In this document: piece by piece, positions 56,190-64,000 of the stretch
How positions within the stretch are numbered: position 1 is the first letter of the stretch
Layout: each line of letters starts with the position of its first letter
Translations under genes and position numbers: made by a program
The notes under the pieces: generated by a model
The model's input: only the letters and a program-made list of their open reading frames with translations
What the model was told of the DNA's origin: nothing
The model's database searches: none
Source of the DNA: Candidatus Eiseniibacteriota bacterium
GTDB lineage: Bacteria > Eisenbacteria > RBG-16-71-46 > SZUA-252
Length of the DNA: 64,000 nucleotides
Assembly (NCBI GenBank): GCA_005893265.1
Contig: VBOX01000087.1
Span: forward strand, 128 to 64,127
Reading direction: 5' to 3'

Positions 56190-58969
56190 TTCCGGTGCAG
56201 GGCGGCGCGGGCCGCGGCAAGACGCGCGAGCGGAACTCGAAACGGGCTGCATGAGACGTAATCCAGCCCGACCTCCTCGAAGAGATCGATCGAAGCGGGA
56301 TCGCCGCCGTGCTCGCCGCAGACGCCGACCTTGAGCCCGGGCTTGCTTTTCCGCCCCGCGAACGTGGCGCGCCGGACCAAAGCGCCCACGCCGGGCACGT
56401 CGATCGAGACGAAAGGGTCGTTCGGGAGGATCCCCGCGCGCACGTACTCCGGCAGGAAGCGCCCCGAATGGACCTCGATCATCGTCCCGATCGTATGCGG
56501 CACATCGACGCCGAGGCGCCGGGTCACCTCCGCCGCGACCGATTCCACCTCGGCCCGCTGCCGGCCCAGCTCCTCCGGGTCGCCCACGAGGGGGATCATG
56601 ATCTCGGGAATCACCCTCTTCCCGAGCCGGATTACGCTGGCCGCGGCTTCGAAGATGGCGCGAGCCTGCATTCGCGTGATCTCGGGGTGGAGGATCCCCA
56701 GCCTGCACCCGCGGAACCCGAGCATCGGGTTGAACTCGTGGAGCTCCTCGACCCGCGTGAGCGTGGCTTCGAGGAGCTTCCTTCGCGCGCGGGAGCGGGC
56801 GCCGGGCTTCAACCCCGCGAGCTCGCGCAGGAGGTGCTCGCGCTTCGGCAGAAACTCGTGGAGCGGCGGATCGAGCGTCCGGATCGTGACCGGGCAACCC
56901 TCCATCGCGAGGAAGAGCCCGCGGAAATCCGCTCGCTGAAGCGGGAGGAGCTTCTTCAGCGCGCCTTCGAACGCACGGATCGGCCCTCTCCCCGTGCGCT
57001 GGGTTTCCTTGAGCTCGCGCGTCAGGCGAGGACGCTCCGACCGAGCCGCGTCCTTCAGCTCCCCGGAAAGCCGTTCGATCGTGAGCTTCGCCTGCCGCGC
57101 CTCTTGCGCGTTCAGGATCATCGTCACGACGTACGGAATCCGCTCCTCCGCGAAGAACATGTGCTCTGTCCGGCATAAACCGATTCCCTCCGCGCCGAGT
57201 TGTCGGGCGAGCCGCGCGTCGTGCGGCACGTCGGCGTTCGCGCGCACGCGAAGCCGCCGCACCTCGTCGCACCACTGGGTCAGCCGCTCGAAGCGCTGGT
57301 ACAGCGGCGCCCCCTCGGGCTTGAGCTTTCCCCTCAGCACGCGAACCACCTCGGAATCGGTCGTGGGCGCATCCCCAAGTAGAACCTCTCCCGTGGAGCC
57401 GTCGAGCGAAACGAAGGTCCCCTCGCGCAGTATCCGGCCGCCGACGCGCAGGACCCTCCTTCCCTCGTCGATCGATAGCGCCGTGCAGCCGGCCACGCAG
57501 CACTTGCCCATGCCTCGGGCGACGACGGCCGCGTGCGACGTCATCCCTCCGGTCGCGGTCAGGATTCCACGGGCCGAGCTCATGCCCGCGATGTCGTCGG
57601 GGGAGGTCTCGGCGCGGACCAGGATCACGCGCTCGGACTTTCCCCGGCGCACCGCCTCCTCGGAGGTGAACACGATCACGCCCGCCGCCGCGCCGGGAGA
57701 AGCGGGAAGGCCGCGGGCAAGCAGCGCGTGCTTCTTGCGCTCGGCCGGGTCGAGCACGGGATGGAGCACCTGGTCTAAGTGCTCCGGGTCCACGCGCTCG
57801 ATCGCCTCCCTCTTGGTAAGCAGTCCCTCGTCCACCATGTCGACCGCGATCCTCAGCGCCGCTTGGCCGGTGCGCGCCGCCCGCCGCGTCTGGAGCATGA
57901 AGAGGCGCCCCTCTTCGATCGTGAACTCGAAGTCCTGGACGTCGCGGTAGTGCTGCTCGAGTCGTGATGTGATCTCGCGGAGGGCCGCGTAGGCTTCCGG
58001 CAGCTCCCGCTCCACCTCGTTGATGGGACGGGGGGTGCGGATTCCGGCGACGACGTCCTCGCCCTGGGCGTTCAGGAGATATTCGCCGTAGAAGCGCGGC
58101 TCCCCGGTTGCGGGATCGCGGGTGAACCCCACCCCAGTCGCGGACCGGGGACCGAGATTTCCGAAGACCATCGCCTGGACCGTGACCGCCGTGCCCAGGT
58201 GCTCCGGAATGTTGTTCAGCCGTCTGTAGTGCACCGCTCGCTCGGTGTGCCAGGAGCGAAATACGGCATCACGCGCCCGCGCGAGCTGCTCCCGCGCCTG
58301 TTGCGGAAAATCGTGGCCGATCTCGCGGCGCACGAGATGCTTCATCCGCTCGACCAAGCTTCGGAGGCGCTTCTCATCGAGCCCGGTGTCGTCCGTGACG
58401 CGGGCGCGCTTCTTGGCGAGGGTGAGCTCCTCCTCGAAGATCTCCCGCGGGATCCCGAGCACGACGTCGGAGAACATCTGGATGAATCGGCGGTAGCTGT
58501 CGAACGCGAAGCGAGGGTTCCGGCTCTTGCCCGCGAGCCCCTCGACCGTTTGATCGTTCAGGCCCAGGTTCAAAACGGTGTCCATCATCCCGGGCATGGA
58601 CACAGGAGCGCCCGAGCGAACCGAGACTAAGAGCGGATTCGCGGGATCGCCTAAGCGGCGCCCCAAGAATTGCTCCAGCCTATGAAGGGCCTGCTCCTCC
58701 GCTTCGACGATCGAATCCAGGAGGCGGCCGCCGGCCTCGAAGAACTGCCGGCAAGCTTCGGTGGTGATCGTGTACCCGGGCGGGACCGGGATGCCGGCGT
58801 TCACCATCTCGGCGAGACCGGCCCCCTTCCCGCCGAGGAGATCGCGCATGCGCGCGTTTCCTTCGGCTTGACCGTCGCCGAAGAAATAGACCCAGCGGTG
58901 GCGGTGTCCCGGAGAAGGCTCCGCGGGCGGAGCGGCCGCGGCGACCGCGGAGTCCCGTTCCCCCCTCAT
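56186..58969 (-). CDS. ppdK: pyruvate, phosphate dikinase
   Basis: WVYFFGDG.AEG, LLGGKGAGLAEM, the GGMTSHAAVVARG His-domain, the CRTEHMF PEP-utilising motif; length ~920 aa. Confidence 0.9.
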   Translation of the reverse strand: MRGERDSAVAAAAPPAEPSPGHRHRWVYFFGDGQAEGNARMRDLLGGKGAGLAEMVNAGIPVPPGYTITTEACRQFFEAGGRLLDSIVEAEEQALHRLEQFLGRRLGDPANPLLVSVRSGAPVSMPGMMDTVLNLGLNDQTVEGLAGKSRNPRFAFDSYRRFIQMFSDVVLGIPREIFEEELTLAKKRARVTDDTGLDEKRLRSLVERMKHLVRREIGHDFPQQAREQLARARDAVFRSWHTERAVHYRRLNNIPEHLGTAVTVQAMVFGNLGPRSATGVGFTRDPATGEPRFYGEYLLNAQGEDVVAGIRTPRPINEVERELPEAYAALREITSRLEQHYRDVQDFEFTIEEGRLFMLQTRRAARTGQAALRIAVDMVDEGLLTKREAIERVDPEHLDQVLHPVLDPAERKKHALLARGLPASPGAAAGVIVFTSEEAVRRGKSERVILVRAETSPDDIAGMSSARGILTATGGMTSHAAVVARGMGKCCVAGCTALSIDEGRRVLRVGGRILREGTFVSLDGSTGEVLLGDAPTTDSEVVRVLRGKLKPEGAPLYQRFERLTQWCDEVRRLRVRANADVPHDARLARQLGAEGIGLCRTEHMFFAEERIPYVVTMILNAQEARQAKLTIERLSGELKDAARSERPRLTRELKETQRTGRGPIRAFEGALKKLLPLQRADFRGLFLAMEGCPVTIRTLDPPLHEFLPKREHLLRELAGLKPGARSRARRKLLEATLTRVEELHEFNPMLGFRGCRLGILHPEITRMQARAIFEAAASVIRLGKRVIPEIMIPLVGDPEELGRQRAEVESVAAEVTRRLGVDVPHTIGTMIEVHSGRFLPEYVRAGILPNDPFVSIDVPGVGALVRRATFAGRKSKPGLKVGVCGEHGGDPASIDLFEEVGLDYVSCSPFRVPLARLAAARAALHRK

Positions 58970-60027
58970 CGGCTCACCCGCTTCAGGTCGAGCGCGGGTC
59001 GGATCTCGCCGGCCACGAGCCCAGCGTAGCTTTTCAGGATTCTCTCCTCGGCGGGCTGGAGCGCCTCGAGATCCTCCTCGGTGAGGAGCGCGAGCTGGGC
59101 GAGCACGGCGAGCACCGCCGGCTTGAGCGCGCGGCGGCTGCCGTCCGAGATCTTGACCGCGATCCCGATCCCGCGCTTTACGTGGGCGATTGCGTGCATG
59201 CCCTCGGCACCCGCTTTCGAGACCACGACCCCTTGCAAGCGGCGCATGAGGACCGTGTCGAGCCGCCCCTCGCTCGCAACGTGCTCGGGATGCGCCGCCA
59301 TGGCGTTGCGGATCTCCACGAGTCCCGGCACCGCTCCCCCATCGGCGTCCATGCCCGCCGAAAAGAGGGCGAAGGCGCGGGCGAGCGCCAGGAGCGGAAG
59401 CCGAGGGGTAGGAGCGCTACAACCATCGATCGCTGGAACCGAGTCTTCGAACGGGCGGCCCAGGAGCGCGGCGAAGCGATCGAAGATCAGCCGCTGGACC
59501 GGGTGCGCGGGATCGATGTAGCTCTCGAGCGGCTCACCCATCGCCCTCGCCAGGAGGAGCATCCCCGCGTGTTTTCCCGAGCAGTTGTGGCGGAGGGCGG
59601 TCGGCGCCTCCCCCCTCGCGCGGAGCGCCTTCGCGGTGGGCTCGTCGTAGGGCTCGTGAACACCGCACCGCAGCGCGGAAGGATCCGCCCCCGCGGCGCC
59701 CAGGATCGAACGGACCAGCGCGACCTGATCGTCCGTACCGCCATGCGAGCCCGCGATCAGGGCGAGGGCCTCCGGTCCGAGTCCGGTTCGGGAATAGACG
59801 CCCGACTCAACGAGCGGCAGGGCCTGAAAGGGTTTGAACGCGGAGCGGGGGAAAACGGAGGCGCGGGGGTCGCCGGCCCAGGCCAGGAGCTTTCCGCGCG
59901 GATCGACGACCGCCACGTGACCGTAGTGGACGCTTTCGACGTACCCGCCCCTCAGAAAATGCACGAGCGGGGCGGGGCGCGACGGTGCCGCCACCTCACG
60001 ATCCACGAGGGTTCTGGTCTCCGGCAT
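58966..60027 (-). CDS. L-asparaginase II family protein (Rhizobium-type, PF06089)
   Basis: HNCSGKHAGML and overall length/composition. Confidence 0.75.
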   Translation of the reverse strand: MPETRTLVDREVAAPSRPAPLVHFLRGGYVESVHYGHVAVVDPRGKLLAWAGDPRASVFPRSAFKPFQALPLVESGVYSRTGLGPEALALIAGSHGGTDDQVALVRSILGAAGADPSALRCGVHEPYDEPTAKALRARGEAPTALRHNCSGKHAGMLLLARAMGEPLESYIDPAHPVQRLIFDRFAALLGRPFEDSVPAIDGCSAPTPRLPLLALARAFALFSAGMDADGGAVPGLVEIRNAMAAHPEHVASEGRLDTVLMRRLQGVVVSKAGAEGMHAIAHVKRGIGIAVKISDGSRRALKPAVLAVLAQLALLTEEDLEALQPAEERILKSYAGLVAGEIRPALDLKRVSR

Positions 60028-60059
60028 GGTCGAGACGACGCGCGCCTTGACGCGCGACC

Positions 60060-61607
60060 TCAGCGGTCGATCTGCGCCTTTTGGAGTCGGCCGCTATAGT
60101 CGATGTAAACAGACTTCCATTCGGTGAAGGCGTCGATCACGGTCGGACCGCCTTCCCGGTGCCCGTTCCCCGTCTCCTTCACCCCACCGAACGGAAGCTG
60201 CACTTCCGCGCCGATGGTGGGGCCGTTCACGTAGGTGATCCCCGCCTCGATGTCCCGGACCGCGCGCATGGCGCGGTTCACGTCCCGGGTGTAGATCGAG
60301 GAGCTGAGCCCAAAGGGCGTTCCGTTCAAGACCTGGATCGCCTCCTCCAGGGAGGAAACCGTGATCACCGAGAGCACGGGGCCGAATATCTCCTCCTGGG
60401 CGATCCGCATCGTCGGCTTCACACCGTCGAAGATGGTGGGGGGATAGAATGCGCCCTCCCCCAGCGCGCCCTGATCGGCCGGCGCGCCTCCCAGGACGAG
60501 CGTGGCGCCTTCGGCTTTGCCGATCTCGACGTAGGAGTGCACGCGGTCACGCTGGGCGCGATTAATGAGCGGACCGACCTCCGACCCGGGCTCGAGGCCG
60601 TCTCCCAACCTGAGCTTCGAGGCGCGCTCCCGGAGCCTTCGCAAGACCTCGTCGTGGATCTCCTTCATCACGATAAGCCGGCTCGTCGCGGTGCAACGCT
60701 GCCCTGTCGTGCCGAAGGCGCCCCACAGAGCGCCCTCGACCGCGAGGTCGAGATCGGCATCCTCCATGACGATTTGCGCGTTCTTTCCGCCCAGCTCGAG
60801 CGAGACCCGCTTCAAGGTTTTCGCGGAACGTTCGGCGATGGTCTTGCCGACGTCGGAAGAGCCCGTGAAGGAGATCATCTTCACGTCCGGATGCGTGACG
60901 AGCGGAATCCCCACCGTGCTTCCGCCCCCATGGACGATGTTCACCACGCCGTCGGGGACGCCGGCCTCGACCAGCGCTTCGACCAAGTGGTGCGCTGAGC
61001 CCGGCGTGTCGCTCGCCGGCTTGATCACGACGGTATTGCCGCAGACAAGGGCCGGAAAGATTTTCCAGGAAGGGATCGCCATCGGGAAATTCCACGGCGT
61101 GATGAGGCTGCAGACGCCAAGCGGCTGCCGCACCGACATCGCGAACTTATTCGGCAGCTCGGAGGGTACGGTCACGCCCGCAAGCCTTCGGCCTTCGGCG
61201 GCGATGTAGTAAGCCATGTCGATCGCTTCCTGGACGTCGCCGCGGGTTTCCGCAAGGACCTTGCCCATCTCCCGGGTCATGAGGCGCGCGAGCTCTTCCT
61301 TCCGCTCGCGAAGGATCTCGGCAACGCGGAAGATGAGCTCCCCTCGCCGGGGCGCGGGCAGGAGGCGCCAGGACGTAAAGGCACGTGAAGCGGCCTGGAC
61401 AGCCGAATCCACGTCCTCAGGCCCGGAATCGGGGAAGGTTCCGATCAGGTCGGAGGTACGGGCAGGATTTCGGTTTTCGAAGCTTTTCCCGGATCGGGAA
61501 GGAACCCACTTTCCCCCGATCAAGTTCAGGTATTCCCGGGGGGCCGATTCCGATGCGCGGGTTCGGGCCTGAGAAAGGGCAGCAGGCGTTGCGGTGGGGG
61601 CGCTCAT
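60060..61607 (-). CDS. NAD(P)-dependent aldehyde dehydrogenase
   Basis: FTGSSDVG, ELGGKNA, catalytic GQRCTA, PFGG. Confidence 0.85.
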   Translation of the reverse strand: MSAPTATPAALSQARTRASESAPREYLNLIGGKWVPSRSGKSFENRNPARTSDLIGTFPDSGPEDVDSAVQAASRAFTSWRLLPAPRRGELIFRVAEILRERKEELARLMTREMGKVLAETRGDVQEAIDMAYYIAAEGRRLAGVTVPSELPNKFAMSVRQPLGVCSLITPWNFPMAIPSWKIFPALVCGNTVVIKPASDTPGSAHHLVEALVEAGVPDGVVNIVHGGGSTVGIPLVTHPDVKMISFTGSSDVGKTIAERSAKTLKRVSLELGGKNAQIVMEDADLDLAVEGALWGAFGTTGQRCTATSRLIVMKEIHDEVLRRLRERASKLRLGDGLEPGSEVGPLINRAQRDRVHSYVEIGKAEGATLVLGGAPADQGALGEGAFYPPTIFDGVKPTMRIAQEEIFGPVLSVITVSSLEEAIQVLNGTPFGLSSSIYTRDVNRAMRAVRDIEAGITYVNGPTIGAEVQLPFGGVKETGNGHREGGPTVIDAFTEWKSVYIDYSGRLQKAQIDR

Positions 61608-61646
61608 GAACTTCCTCCGAGCCGCCCTCCTGCTCGGGATGGCGGC

Positions 61647-62579
61647 TTAGCGAATGACGACGAAATGTCCTTTGGTGTGATGGCCTTGCGGCGATTCTAC
61701 CTGATAGATGTAGATTCCGGAGACTACCTTTCGCCCATCTGAGTTCTTCAGGTCCCACTCGAGGTCCCCGGTCACGCCTCCGGGGTTCGCATTCGGGTTT
61801 TGGGTCAGGACCCGGACCAGCTCGGCGTTGGACGTAAAGATCCGGACCGTCGAGCCCGCCGGGAGATGGATGAAGTGCACGCGGTTCTGCCCGGGCGCCG
61901 GATCCCACTCCGCGGATGCCCTGAAGGGATTTGGCACCACCCCCACGCGCTCGAGGTTACTCTCCGGAGGATCGGAGGGTTGGACCGTGACGATCTCGCT
62001 GGAATCGACCGGGCTTTCCGTGAAGTCGTTCGCCGTCAAGTGGAGGGTATCGATCGAGGTAACCGCGTAACGCGAGGTGAAACCTCCCAGATTCCCCTGA
62101 TCCACGAAGACCCGGCAGCTATCACAGCTGTCCACCGGAGCGCCTGGCGGGTAATCGATTATGTACTGGCCACCTGCGAGGTTGTTCCTGAATCCCTTGA
62201 AGAAGAGTCCTCTCCCATAGAAATGGAACTGCGATAGGTCGCAGGGCACCGCGCTGGCAAGGCAGGCGCCGGTGACTCTATCGCGTGCCCTATACTCTCC
62301 GATGAGCTCGAGCGGGGTCGGAGAGATGCCCTTGATCGTGCGCCGGACTCGGTAACCCGTCCAGACGCTATCTGTCTCGACCTGGGCTCCGCTCCAAACG
62401 ACGAGAACCGTGTTTGCCCCGCTGCGGGGGGTGAAGTAGGCCCTCACCGCATTGGGACTACGTGGGATGGCTATCTGCGCGCTCGCCACGGCCGCTGGCC
62501 CGGTGCTTACGAAGGCGGCCAGGAGAAGGAAGGCTAATCTCTTAGCTGGCAAAGGCATTAACGACCCCTTCGTACGCAA
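61647..62579 (-). CDS. secreted protein with C-terminal FlgD-Ig/T9SS-type sorting domain; function unknown
   Basis: Signal peptide; C-term VPNPFRASAEW...VHFIHLPAGSTVRIFTSNAELVRVL...VSGIYIYQVESP. Confidence 0.6.
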   Translation of the reverse strand: MRTKGSLMPLPAKRLAFLLLAAFVSTGPAAVASAQIAIPRSPNAVRAYFTPRSGANTVLVVWSGAQVETDSVWTGYRVRRTIKGISPTPLELIGEYRARDRVTGACLASAVPCDLSQFHFYGRGLFFKGFRNNLAGGQYIIDYPPGAPVDSCDSCRVFVDQGNLGGFTSRYAVTSIDTLHLTANDFTESPVDSSEIVTVQPSDPPESNLERVGVVPNPFRASAEWDPAPGQNRVHFIHLPAGSTVRIFTSNAELVRVLTQNPNANPGGVTGDLEWDLKNSDGRKVVSGIYIYQVESPQGHHTKGHFVVIR

Positions 62580-62782
62580 GTCTGCCCCGGCGTGACGTCG
62601 TGTTCGTGAGTTTGGCCAATTGGGGGGGAAGTGCTACATTCCGGCCCGTTGGAAATCCCGGCCGGGCCAACCCGGCGCCCACCTCCCTGCCCGGGTCGAA
62701 TGGAAAGGCAGCCTAGGGGCCAAGTGGTGGGGTGTCAAGGCCTTTTTGAACATCACAAATCGCCGTAAGTTCCAAAAATCGC

Positions 62783-62812
62783 TTGACACTGCGGGTCCTG
62801 GTCACGTATACT
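62783..62812 (+). promoter_or_regulatory. sigma70-like promoter: TTGACA, 18-bp spacer, TATACT
   Basis: Consensus -35 and near-consensus -10 in an AT-richer 400-bp intergenic region, ~180 nt upstream of the 62993 start. Confidence 0.5.
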
Positions 62813-62992
62813 CTATCAAGTAAATTAATGACGTCCGCTCTTCCGATTGTGAGACCACACTTCAATTTAGCTCGGCCAGAATCACGATGACTAAGGAGGT
62901 GATAGGGCTCGGAGTGTTGTTATCCTTATCCTCTTGAGGGTGTCTTCTCGCTTTTACCTGCGTTAGAGAGGAGATGAATGGAATGAAGAGAA

Positions 62993-64000
62993 TACTAAGC
63001 GTTGTCGCAATCTTGATGCTGGCGGCTTCGCTGCTCCCGGTGAAGGGTCAAGCCGGCCTCCGCGGCGCGTACGACCCGATCACGATCGGCGATCCGCTGA
63101 TCAAGGCAAAGTTCTCGCCCAGCTTGAGGGGAGGCAATACCCGTGGGGCAGGAAGTGCCTCGAGCGCCAAGCTGGAGAATTGGATCGCGTTTGTCGCGGG
63201 CAGCCAGGTGTTTGGTTTCGAGAGCACGGGCGAGATTTGGGCCCAGGTGAACATCGACCAAGCGTTCGTTCGTGGATTCGCCCCGGTTCCGCTGGAAGTG
63301 GACCCCACGGCGGCCGTGTCGTACATCGACCCGGCCTGGAGCAAGGACGGGAAGTGGCTCGCGTACGTCCAGACGGACAACTTCGTGTCGTCTGCAAGCA
63401 TCTATGTTCAGCAATTCGCAATCGGGGGTAACCCCCTGGCGGGAGGCGAGCACGGCGACAAGCTCGGCTCCCCGATCCTGATCGCCAACGGCGCAGGCGG
63501 CAAGCACCACCGCCATCCGGCCTGGAACGCGAACCACACCCAGATCGCGTATGATTCCGACCAGTTCGGCAGCTCCATCGACCTCTGGACGGTGAACGTC
63601 AACCTCGACGAGACCGCCCATACGGGCAGCGTCGATGAGCTTTCGCGCACGCGTCACCAGATCGGTCTCGAAGGCGATCCGGGTATTCTTAATGGCAAGG
63701 CCGAGTTCAAGCCTGCGTACAGTCCGGATGGCACCAAGATCGCCTTCGTCACGAATCGATTTGGCGCGTTCCAGATCGTCATTCTGAATCCGACCAGCAG
63801 TGGTCTCGGAGAGACCACCGTCCTCCCGGAGACGAACCCGGCGCCCATCACGCACGACAATCCATCCTGGTCCAGTGATGGGCAGTCGCTTTACTACGAC
63901 GCGCCGTCCAACGAGGATGCCGCGAATCCTCAGGACATCTGGAAGCTCGACCTACCTACGGGGCAGAAGTGCGGAATCAGCGTGGACCTGGCGGGCGATA
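62993..64000 (+). CDS. TolB-like periplasmic beta-propeller protein (PD40/WD40-like repeats), 5' partial: runs off the window end
   Basis: GAGAGGAG RBS 10 nt upstream, signal MKRILSVVAILMLAASLLPVKG. Repeated DPAWSKDGKWLAYV, HPAWNANHTQIAYDS, KPAYSPDGTKIAFV, NPSWSSDGQSLYYD. Not in the ORF track because no stop occurs before the window end. Confidence 0.7.

Noticed and set aside
56190-57503. 5' 438 codons of ORF 55428..57503
   Set aside because: Arg/Gly/Asp-rich antisense of ppdK; only the last 253 codons (GT2 domain, ATGA-coupled start) look coding
62620-62823. 67-aa plus-strand ORF
   Set aside because: Sits across the predicted promoter in an intergenic region; no RBS; composition not coding-like
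62995-63855. 286-aa minus-strand ORF
   Set aside because: Antisense to the TolB-like gene, which has RBS, signal peptide and PD40 repeats

Overview
High-GC (~65-70%) bacterial chromosomal window; codon usage and long open antisense frames are typical of a GC-rich genome. Both strands are densely coded. Housekeeping content: tRNA-His, tRNA-Leu, the minus-strand operon amidase-GerM-murI-rph-rdgB, smpB, an ABC transporter next to carbamate kinase and an aminotransferase, ppdK, asparaginase II and an aldehyde dehydrogenase. Accessory content is unusually rich: at least five secreted proteins end in a FlgD-Ig/T9SS-type C-terminal sorting domain (one 2059 aa, two with lamin-tail domains, one on a conspicuously low-GC gene), along with PorV/FadL-like outer-membrane barrels. 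Regulatory genes are two NarL-type response regulators (one with its kinase), ArsR and XRE regulators. The most interesting locus is a partner-switching module in which an RsbW-like kinase, HAMP, PP2C phosphatase and IS3-transposase-type HTH domains are fused in one 820-aa protein, followed by a STAS antagonist gene broken by an internal deletion between 9-bp direct repeats. Other highlights are a thioredoxin-fold lipoprotein with an in-frame TGA exactly at the first Cys of the CxxC motif (selenoprotein candidate), a frameshifted membrane glycosyltransferase, a tRNA-like minihelix upstream of tRNA-His, and a 1882-codon stop-free antisense frame that fuses two real outer-membrane genes across a convergent T9SS cargo gene. 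Phylum assignment (possibly a Gemmatimonadota/FCB-group-like organism) is inference only.
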